Source: Ptychomitrium polyphyllum
Taxonomy: Eukaryota
Assembly (NCBI GenBank): GCA_973851085.1
Contig: OZ316775.1
Location: forward strand, 5,518,001-5,582,000
DNA: 64,000 bases
Direction: 5' to 3'
Shown: one piece after another, positions 13,055-23,541 of the stretch
Numbering within the stretch: position 1 is the first letter of the stretch
How the letters are laid out: each line of letters opens with the position of its first letter
Notes under the pieces: model-generated
Databases searched by the model: none
The model's input: only the letters and a program-made list of their open reading frames with translations
What the model was told of the DNA's origin: nothing
Translations under genes and position numbers: made by a program

Positions 13055-13499
13055 CATCACGGACATAGATCATGCAACATAGTCTTCAAAATTATTTAAT
13101 GCCTTATGGTATATTGTAGTAGCTTCTTAAAATACTTTCAATCTTTTCATAGCCGTTTCCACTACCTTAGAAAATTTCCAAGGAAGGTTCCAACTCCTTG
13201 GAACTTTTTAAAAAATTTCTACTAACTTGAAAAACTTCTTGAAAAGGTTCCATAGATTTCTAAAACATTCTTAAGCCTTGTAGAAAGCTTCTTTAGAAGT
13301 ATCCTTAGAGAAACAAGCGTCATTGTATAAATAGGAGGTAAGATAAGCTATTCCTTAGTCTTGCTAACACAAATTGTGGATCATCTTGTATCTTGCCTTA
13401 CTCTAGTCTTTGTATAAGTACTTATTAAGCATTAGCTCTTTGGAAGCTAATTCTTTGGAAATACTTTGCTTTTGCTTCTTGTTTCTTTTGTTTTCAACA
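13055..13499 (+). repeat. Gypsy 5' LTR of the outer element (subtype A), followed by leader and a truncated gag start (13755-13850)
   Basis: Begins CATCACGGACATAGATC (decayed TG...), has TATAAATAGGAGG and ends ...CAACA. The gag start MKNMPATSENKFTPIADL*ELLNTV is homologous to that at 14659. Confidence 0.85.
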
Positions 13500-13850
13500 A
13501 GTTTGGCAAAACTACTCTTCAATATTATCAAAGCTAAGGTTCGTTAAAACAGTTAGTGGATAACCCATCTTCTTTAGGATCCCATAGCATCTTATAGGTT
13601 GCATGCTACTTTTTTCTAAGCTAACACCATAAATTAAGTCTTTCTTCTAAAATCAAGCACTACTTTTTTTGACGAAGGATCAATCTTTTAAAGGGTGTGG
13701 ATTACCTTCCTTTAAACATACTCATCGTCTTCTTGTCTTTGACATTCCAAAGAAATGAAAAATATGCCTGCAACATCAGAAAATAAGTTTACACCTATTG
13801 CAGACCTTTAAGAATTATTAAACACAGTTTGAACAGAACTTGCTCGCTTC

Positions 13851-14422
13851 TGTTACGGACATAGATCAAACAACATAGTCCTTAGAACATTCTAGAACCT
13901 TCTAGTATATTATAATAGCTTCTTAAAATACCTTTAGATACCTCCAATAGCCTTTCCATGTTCTTCAGAAGCTTCTTAGGAAAGTTCCTCCACCTAAGGA
14001 AACCTCCTATGAAGGTCCTATCATCGTAGGAAACTTCCTAGGAAGGTTCTACCTCTTCAAAAAACTTCATAAGAACGTTCCGCTACCTTAAGAAACTTCC
14101 GAGGAAGGTTCCAACTCCTTGGAAGCTTCCTAAGAAGGTTCCAACATCTTAAGAAACTTCTTAGAAAGGTTCTCTAGACTTCCAAAACATTCTTAAACCT
14201 TGTAGGAAGCTTCTTTAGAAGTATCCTTGGAGATACAAACATCATAGTATAAATAGGAGGCAAAACAAGGTATTCCTTAGTCTTGCCAACACAAGTTGTG
14301 GATCATCTTGAATCCTGCCTTGTTCTAGTCTTTGTATCAAGTTCTTGTTAATCATTAGCTCTTTGGAAGCTAATTCTTGGGAAACACTTCGTTTCTGCTT
14401 CTTGTTTCTTATGCCCCTAACA
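13851..14422 (+). repeat. Gypsy LTR (subtype B) inserted in the outer element's gag; acts as 5' LTR of the internal gag-pol
   Basis: TGTTACGGACATAGATC...CCCCTAACA termini, TATA at 14248, ~30-bp GGAAACTTCCTAGGAAGGTTCC-like tandem units in U3. Confidence 0.9.
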
Positions 14423-14658
14423 GTTTGGTAAAACTACTTTTTATCTTTGTCAGAGCTAAGGTTCTTTGAACAAGATTGTGGATTATCCATCTTCTTGAGG
14501 ATTCCATAGCGTCTTAGAAGTTGTGGATTACCCTCTTCTAAACTAGCACCATAGCGTTGGTTTCTCCTTCTAGAACTAAGTATTACTTCTTTCAAAGGAC
14601 GTGGATTTTCCTACTTTGAAGGTATTCATAGTCTTTCTGTCTTTGAGAGTTTTAAGAA

Positions 14659-17600
14659 ATGGATAACGTGCCTGAAACATCAAAGAATAGGTTTGCAACT
14701 ATTGCAGACCTTCAAGAATTATTAAACACAATTCAAACGGAACTTGCCCATTTTAATACCATCAACAATTTGGAGCAACATACGCGGCAAGCTGAAGAAT
14801 CCGATGGTGATATTCAAAGCCTATATCAAGAAGTTGTTTGATTGCGAGAGGCCAATATTGGAAGGGAAGGCTAACGTTAAATCCATGCAAAGCCAAAGAT
14901 TAGCATGCCAAACAAGTTCGATGGATCAAGATCAAAATTGAGAGGCTTTGTTCAACAAGTAAGACTATTCCTTAGTTTGCATCAATCTCGCTATCCTGAT
15001 GGCACAACTCAAGTGGAATTTGTGGCCACTCTTTTATCAAACAATGCAATATCGTGGTTTGCACCACTAATGGAGAAGCAGTCACCATTATTGAACAACT
15101 TAAATGCTTTTATAGAAGCATTGACATCTATTTTTGGAGACACCGACCGAAAAAAGGTGGCTGAAACAAGGATCCAAAGTTTCCAACAAGAACAGCGCTC
15201 AGCTGCTACATATGCTGTAGAATTTCGACAATTAGCTTGCGACCTTGACTGGAATGATAAAGCCTTGGTCACACGATTTCGATGGGGCTTAAGAGAGAAT
15301 GTAAAGGCCTTGCTACTCACAATGCCAAGAGTTAAAACATTGGACAAATTCATCACTCAAGCAATAGCATGTGACAATAGACTATTTGAAAGGCGCCAAG
15401 AACAAGGCTTGGGATGGCGACCAGTACATCAAAGCATGCCTACTACTTCTTCAAGAATATTGGAAAATTGACCACAAGGACTAGAACCTATGCAAATTGA
15501 TGTTGCCCAGTTCAAACGTTTGACTCCAAAAGAAAAAAAAAGGCGTCGAAGAAAAAACCTATGTTTGTATTGTGACAAGTCTGGACATAAAGTGCACGAT
15601 TGCCAAATTAAAGGATCTACCTTTAAGGCTCAGAGTACAATGGTGGAGTTGGAAAACGAGGCTATCCAGTCACAGTAGAGACTATGCGACTAGACACCAC
15701 AAGGAAACCACCATCAAATCAAGGTCTCTTATTACCTTCAAATCCTACCTCTTGTTTTACATTTCCTATCAAAATTAGATTGTTAAATGATGAAATAATT
15801 AGTAAGGCTCTCTTAGACACTGGTGCAACGGCATGTTTTATGGACAAGGATTTTGCAACCAAACATCACATGGTGCTTGTGAAGAAAAAATATCCCGCAC
15901 CTGTTGAAGTTATTGATGGACGATCTTTTGCGTCTGGCAACGTTATTGAAGAAACTCAACCCTTGGAGGTTGTTTCAGGAGACCAGGCATCTAGGATTGT
16001 CTTCAATGTCATTCAATGCCGAATAAATCCTATTGTTTTGGGCCTTCTTTGGTTTGAATTACACAATCCAGACATTGATTGGCGCTCACGGAGTGTGGTC
16101 TCAAGAAAAAGACGTCAAGGCACAAGAAATCTTGGACCATCATTTATTGGAGCTAAGGCATTTATGAGAGCGGCGAAGGATGAACCAATCTATGCCATTT
16201 ATGCCACGCCAATGTCTAGCTCTACAATAGAGACTAATTAAAACATACCTCGTCAATATCAAGATCATAAAGACATTTTTGAGAAGAAGAATGCGGACAT
16301 GTTATCAAAGCACCGACCTTACGATTGTACCATTGAGTTGCAAGAAGGAATCCAACCACCTTTTGGACGTATTTATAACTTATCACAAAACTGAATTGGC
16401 TGCCTTGAGAAAATATATTGATGAAAACCTTGGAAAGGATTTCATTCAACACTCTAAATCACCTGCTAGAGCACCCATTCTATTCGTAAAGAAGAAAGAT
16501 GGATCATTACGTATGTGCGTGGACTATCGAGGCTACAATAAAGTAACAAAGAAGAATTGCTATCCATTACCATTAATCTCAGGACTCCTACAACAACTTG
16601 GCCAAACAAAGATATTCACCAAAATTGATCTTAGAGGAGCCTACAATCTTGTACGCATCAAAGAAGGAGACGAATGGAAGACAACTTTTCAATCTAGGTA
16701 TGGTCATTTTGAATACAATGTCATGCCTTTTGGCCTTACTAATGCTCCCGCAATCTTTCAACATGAGATGAATGATATCTTCCATGAACATCTGGATGAT
16801 TTTATAGTCATCTATTTAGATGATATTTTGATATATTCAAAGGATGAATAAGACCACGAATGTCATGTGCGACTAGTCTTAGAAAAAATTACGCTAGCAA
16901 GGATTATATGCCAAATTGGAGAAGTGCCTTTTCCATGAATCATTGGTTGAATTTTTAGGCTATATCATTTCCAAAGGAGGAATCCATATGGATAAGAAAA
17001 AAATAAGCACTGTCATGGAGTGGAATATGCCAAGATCAATTCGAGATGTTCAATGCTTTTTGGGATTTGCAAATTTCTACAAGATATTCATCAAGAATTA
17101 TTCCAAGATTGTGGCACCATTAACACATCTTACGGGGAAGCAAAAATTCATTTGGGATGAAGAGGCGGAAAAAGTATTTCAAAGTCTTAAGAAGTCATTC
17201 ACGTCGGCTCCAATTCTTATTCATCCAAATCCATCAAAGCCTTTTTATTTGGAAGCGAATGCCTCAGATTTTGCGCTTGGCTCAGTATTCTCACAATATG
17301 ATGAAGACGGGAGACTTCACCCTCTTGCTTTTTGTTCAAGGAAGTTTTCAACGGCAGAGATCAACTATGATATCCATGATGAAGAACTACTTGCAATTGT
17401 GGATGCGTTTGAAGAATGGTGACACTTATTGGAAGGAACTCAACATACCATCACGATATACACAGATCACATGAACTTGAAGTATTTCATGAGCGCGCGC
17501 ATTTTGAATTGCCGTCAAGCAAGGTGGAGTATGTCGCTTTCCAAATTTGACTTTGTTATTACCTATCGATCTGGTAGCTCGCAAGGTAAGCCAGATGCCT

Positions 17601-19163
17601 TATCTCGAAGATCTTATTTAACTCCTCAACCTGAAGATGATATTTTGAATCAACAAAGGACTATTTTATTGAAGCCAGAGAATCTTCAATTGAAAGCAGC
17701 TATTATTACAACAACATCCCATTTTGACAAAATTCGGAAGACTTTAAAGAATGACGTCTTTGTTTCAAATATAAAAAAACGCCTCAAAGACAATGGAAAT
17801 CTTTCAAATAGCGATGAGGATTTTGAATTCCAAGAGGGCCTACTTTATTATAAAGCACTTTTGTACCTACCTCCAAGCCCTTTGCGGTTGAAGATCCTTC
17901 AAGCACGTCATGATTTTCCAGCAGCAGGACATTTTGGATTCAATAAAACAATGGAGTTGATTGCTAAAGACTATTGGTGGCCACAAATGTTGAAGTATGT
18001 AAAGGACTTTGTTCAATCATGCGACACTTGTGCAAGAGCCAAGGTACCAAGACACCAACCTCATGGTCTCCTCTATCCGCTTCAAGTGCCAAAGGGCCAT
18101 GGTTGTCTTTATTAATGGATTTTATCACGGATCTTCCAAATTCCGAATCTAAGGATTCTATTTTAGTAGTGGTAGATCTATTTACCAAAATGGCACATTT
18201 CATTCCATGCAACATGACGGTAATGGGAGAAGAAACTGCCAAGTTGTTCCTAAATCATGTCTACCGCATACATGGACTACCAGATGATATTGTATCTGAT
18301 CGAGGGCCGCAGTTCATTTCCAACTTTTGGAGGGCTCTATTCCAACTGTTGCGTGTAAAGATCAATCTTTCTTCAGCACACCATCCGCAAACTGATGGCC
18401 AAACCGAACGTGTGAATCAAATTTTGGAACAGTACCTTTGTTGTAGCATAAACTACTAGCAAGACAACTGGATGGATCTCTTGCCTTTGGCAGAATTTGC
18501 TTACAACAAAACGGTGCATTCTTCAACAAGTCAAAGTCCATTCTTTGCAAACTATAGGCATCATCCTTGAACAAATCCATTTCAAGTGAAGCATGTTGGA
18601 AGCCTTGCAGCAGAGGATTTTGCAATTCAACTTGCTAAAATCCATCAAGGAATTACCTTCTAGTTACAACAAGCTCAAGATCGTTACAAAACTTATGCAG
18701 ATTGCCATCGGAAGGACCATCCAAAGTTCAAGGTTGGAGATAGCGTATGGCTCCTACGACGAAATGTACAAACAAAAAGGATGTCAATAAAACTAGATTA
18801 TCAAAGGCTGGGACCATTTGAAATTAACAAATAGATAAATCAAATCAATTATCGCTTCAAACTACCACCAATCATGCAAATTCTTTGAGTGTTCCATGTA
18901 TTGTTGTTGAAACCTACAACAAATCATATATACCAAAGAGGGTTGTCCATCTGCCACCTCCAGTAGAAATAAATATTAAAATGGAATATGAAGTTAAAAA
19001 AATTTTAAATTTGCGCATAAAAAATGTATGTGTGGAGTACCTTATATATTGGCAAGGATATGGCATCAGTGACCAAACAAGAGAATTTTTAATGAACGTA
19101 ACAAATGCATTTGAGAAGGTATGCAAATTTCATCAAAAATATCCTTATAAACCAAGTCAGTGA
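14659..19163 (+). pseudogene. Gypsy gag-pol (capsid, CCHC knuckle, protease, RT, RNase H, integrase, chromodomain), broken by stops and frameshifts
   Basis: [128 protein letters not shown] (chromodomain). Confidence 0.95.
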
Positions 19164-19920
19164 TGAGGTGTTATTAGTAGCCGTTAGCTTTACAATGAAG
19201 TTTTTTCCATAAACAAATATATTAACGGAGGAGAGATATTCAAAACTCCAATTGTTTACAACATTATTTCCAAGATAGATCATCTTTAGATCTTAATTAG
19301 CCAGTATGTCAAATCTTTAACTTATTATAGATATTCATGAAGAGCAATTGGATGTGGCTTCTTCAATGTCACTACCTATATAATCAACTCAACTTTCTCT
19401 ACCTTCAGCATTAGAGGATCTAAGCCAAAATATGAGAGAAACGTTCTAACGTTGAATGTGACCTTATGCAAAAGTATTGGCTAGTCGTTTTTCACATTCC
19501 TGTCCTGATTTACATGCTCAAGCTCTAGTCATCTTTTTAGAAATTCGAAGAGTTACTCTTGAAGGACCCAAGATCCTATTTGGAGGATATTTTGAAGGAC
19601 GTAATCAAGATCAAATCATAAGTTAGAACATTTCAACAACAAAAGCCTTGGCTGGGGGTCATTGGTGCTTCTTGGGACTAGTTGAACTAGTGGCAAATAA
19701 CAACAAGCAAAAAATGGTGCTTCTCTCCTTCGACAAATTTTGAAATTTGTAAAGATGTGACGAGCAAACTGCAAAAAGAGGTTCTCATTAGACTTGTTGA
19801 TAAAGAAGGAGGTGATGTTACGGACATAGATCATGCAATATAGTCTTTAGGATTTTCTAGAACTTTATGGTATATTGTAGTAGTTTCTTAGAATACTTTT
19901 AATATCTCTAGAGCCGCTTC

Positions 19921-20492
19921 TGTCATAGACATAGATCATGCAACATAGTCCTTAGAACATTTTAGAAGCTTCTAATATACTAGAATAGCTTCTTAGAATA
20001 CTTTTAAATGTCTCCCTATCCTTTCCATGTTTTTAGAAAAGTTCCTCCACTTTAGGAAACTTCCTAGGAAGGCTCCATCATCTCAAGTAACTTCTTAAGA
20101 AACTTCTTACAAAGATTCCATCACCTTAAGAAATTTCCTAGGAAGGTTCTATCTCTTTAAAGAACTTCTTAAGAAAATTCCGCTATCTTAGGGAACTTTC
20201 AAGGAAGGTTCCAACATCTTAGGAAACTTCTTGGAAAGCTTCCCTAGATTTCTAGAACATTTTTAAGCCTTGTAGGAAGCTTCTTTAGAAGTATCCTAAG
20301 AAATGCAAATGTCATAATATAAATAGGAGGCAAGACAAGGTATTCCTTAGTCTTGCCAACACAAGTTGTGGATCATCTTGAATCCTGCCTTGTTCTAGTA
20401 TTTGTATCAAGTTCTTGTTAATTATTAGCTCTTTGGAAGCTAATTCTAGGGAAACACTTCGTTTCTGCTTCTTGTTTCTTGTATCCCTAACA
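19921..20492 (+). mobile_element. Solo LTR (subtype B) nested in the outer 3' LTR
   Basis: TGTCATAGACATAGATC...TCCCTAACA, flanked by GCTTC / CTTTC (decayed TSD). The subtype A LTR is collinear across it (19816-19920 then 20498-20911). Confidence 0.85.
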
Positions 20493-21923
20493 CTTTCCAC
20501 CACCTTGGAAAACTTCCTAGGAAAGGTCTGCTTCTTTGGAAAACTTTCTAAGAAAGTTCCAACTCCTTAGAAGCTTTTTAAGAAGGTTCCATTATTTGGG
20601 AAAATTTCCTAGAAAGGTTCCTATCCTTGGAAGTTTCTTAAGAAGGTTCCACCATCTTGGAAAACTTCTTGGGAAGGTTCCACTGATTTTTAGAACATTC
20701 TTAAGTTTTGTAGGAAGTTTCTTTAGAGGTATCTTAGGAGATGCAAGCGTCATAGTTTAAATAAGAGACAAGACAAGGTATACCTTAATCTTGCTAACAC
20801 AAGTTGTGAATCATATTGTATCCTTCCTTGCTCCAGTCTTTGTATCAATTCTTGTTTATCATTAGCTCTTTGAAAGTTAATTCTTGGTAAATACTTTGTC
20901 TGTCCCTAACAATCCATAACTAAAGTAAGAGGATTCTATAGGAGTTAGATGATATGTTAGTAATCAAGTAAAAGTAGTATTAGGTAGTATATTGGTGAAC
21001 AAGAAAAAGAAGTAGTATTGAGCAAAATATTGGTGAAAAGATAAGAAATTAGTAGTTTCTAAAATCGTTAAAATGTGAGAAATTTGTACCATATATTCAT
21101 TAAAAAATTTAAACACTTTGAGTTTCAAAGAAATTATTGCTTGCTTTAAATTTACTATTAATGGAAGATGATGCGAGTTGAGATTCAAAAATTGTGTCTA
21201 AATACAAGGTGTATGATCAAATTTGTGTAATTTTTAATGCGTCCATCTTACAATTGTGATTATTGCCAAGTATAGAATTTAGATATAAATAGATCTAAAC
21301 TTTGTCATTCTACTATTTAGCACTAAGAGGCACAACAAAATATTTGTTAGTCATGATTGAATACTTTTCTATGTGATTTGAACTAATAGCATTGCCTAGT
21401 ATTGCCTAGTACGTTTAGTGAAGGAACAACACATACTTTTATTTAACAAGTGCTATAGAAAAAAATATAAGATAAAGATTCAAGACAAGGAAATAAAATA
21501 ATTGGACTTAATATCAAGAACTAGGAATTACAAGATGATACTCTTAAAGACCCAAGTTATCTGCATACATTGTTCAAAAGTTTGGTTTTAAGGGCTGAAC
21601 ATGTCAGTCCCATAGTCAATCTCTGACTCTGCTCTTGCAGGTTTCCCAGTCCGACAAGAAAGAACAATGACACGACACGTGTGGTAATGCAACAGAATCC
21701 TAGATCAGGCAGCATCTTCAGCTAAAGAAAAATTTGAAGATTATGAACGAAGGACTTCACGTTACAATATCACCCTGAATAGCGGGTGCGCCGATTATCT
21801 TTGATAGTGTGACGGCTCTTTCATTTATCAAAACCCTAGAGTAGTACAAAAGGTCCATTGCAGGAGCTATAGTCTATACAGACTGCTAACACTATCCGAT
21901 TTAGCAAGATAGTGCAAAAGACA

Positions 21924-23541
21924 TTACTCATTGGCAAGGGGCTCATCTATAGGTAAATCAGATGTGTCAGAAGCAGGACCAGGACCTGATGAAACCTTCA
22001 CCATAGCTGGTCTCAGCAACCTGTCTCCTATTCTAAAGCCTCGACGAAATTCCTGACTAACAACGTCTTCAGCAAACTCTGTCGAGTCCTCACGCATGAT
22101 TGCCTCGTGAAGCTGCAGAAGTGCACAATTCATGTTCAAATTCAGCATGATACACAAAGTACAACAGGAGAAGCAGAGGATACGGATTGTCAGTACTTCG
22201 AATAACATGGTGACAACATACATAGTTCAATACCCAAAAGAACTGACCATTACTTATTAAATATGAGCACAAAAGCCACATCCTAGCGAACAACGGAGGA
22301 AAATTAAGTCATACGAAACCCTCTAATTCCAGGGACTTCAAACAAAAACCTTACAATATGCTCATTGAAACACCACGATCAGTCAAGAAAGCACTTACAT
22401 TAGGGTCAAAGTTCTTGCCAACGGTTTCGACGGCAACCACACCAAGTGACTTCATAATCTCCACAAACTGCTTGTAGATACCCTGGTAGCTGTTATCAAT
22501 CTTAATTTCACCCTCTGTCTCCGTCTTGATGGATGTCTTAGCCCTTTCAAAGTTGTCCACCATAGGTAGCAAGCTCTCTATAACCTCCCCCTTGACATTC
22601 CCTGCAGTGGCAAGACGGTCCCTCTCAGCTCGCTTTCTGTAATTGTCAAAATCTGCATTAAGGCGAAGATACCGGTCCTTTCCTGTCGCAATCTCCTCAA
22701 TAAGAGCGTTTACTTTTTGTCCCAAAGAATCTCGTTCATTAGCAATCAACTCTAGCTCTTTCTCGTGATCTCTAACTGCTCCTTCATCATTGGCTGCCAA
22801 TGCTTCTCTGTAACCCTGAAGCAAAACTTGGATATCCGACGGCGAGGCTTCTTCCGCAGCTGGAGCTTCAGTCGCACCATTAGTCGCATCCTCTTCATTC
22901 ATCTCTTCATCCTCCTCTGTTTCCTGTAACATATCAATAGATTCGTTCATTGAGCCAAAGTAGATAACTGAAATTCGACAACAATTTCACTCCTGTGTCA
23001 CTAATTACGAGACATATAAAATACACTAGATGCGAATTATGAACAATTCATATCCTCGCCGACCGAGATGTCGCCACCTGACATCATTAAAAAACACGAA
23101 CGGAATTCATAAAAACCCTAAATAAGCGCCAGCACTATCTCTGTGGATGCTAAGCTTTCACCTAACCGTTCTTCCACAAACACTCGATATAAAGTAAACA
23201 ACGACTACTACACCAGCCTGCATCCAAATTTAAACCCCCAAACTTGCGAAACACAAAAGCACGCAAAAACTCTTGTTTCGAAACCACGCCAGAAGGAAGG
23301 AGATAGGAATGCTACACACCTTAGCTTCAGTCTGCGCTGAGTTCTGCGCAGCAATCACCGACCGCCGATGATGAAAACTCTGGACTTGAACCCTGCCGCG
23401 GAATCTAAAGCACTGCGCACTGAACCGCGGAACAAAAGCCCTGCACGACGACATTCGCAATGCCACGGCACTCTGCCTCGGCGCGTGCCCTAGCGTCCCC
23501 GCCACTGCAGCTGTGCCCGCTACCGCTGCCATTGTCATCAT
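21924..23541 (-). CDS. GrpE: GrpE nucleotide exchange factor, probably chloroplastic (CGE); exons 23541-23320, 22923-22399, 22112-21924
   Basis: DRYLRLNADFDNYRKR, LLPMVDNFERA, SYQGIYKQF, GKNFDPN-LHEAIMRE..EFRRGFRIGDRLLRPAMVKVS; exon 1 is transit-peptide-like. The start could be any of three close ATGs. Confidence 0.94.

Larger units (their letters stand above)
13055..20911 (+). mobile_element. Ty3/Gypsy chromovirus LTR retrotransposon complex (outer element with nested same-family LTRs), degenerate
   Basis: Outer LTRs ~13055-13499 and 19816-20911 (the latter interrupted), 5-bp TSD ATCCA at 13050-13054 and 20912-20916, PPT AAAGAAGGAGGTGA at 19802-19815, internal gag-pol with chromodomain. Confidence 0.92.

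Noticed and set aside
3265..23541. Cluster of plastid-function genes (CHLM, APE1, GrpE)
   Set aside because: Different pathways, separated by TEs; plastid-targeted genes are common, so proximity is not evidence of a functional cluster.
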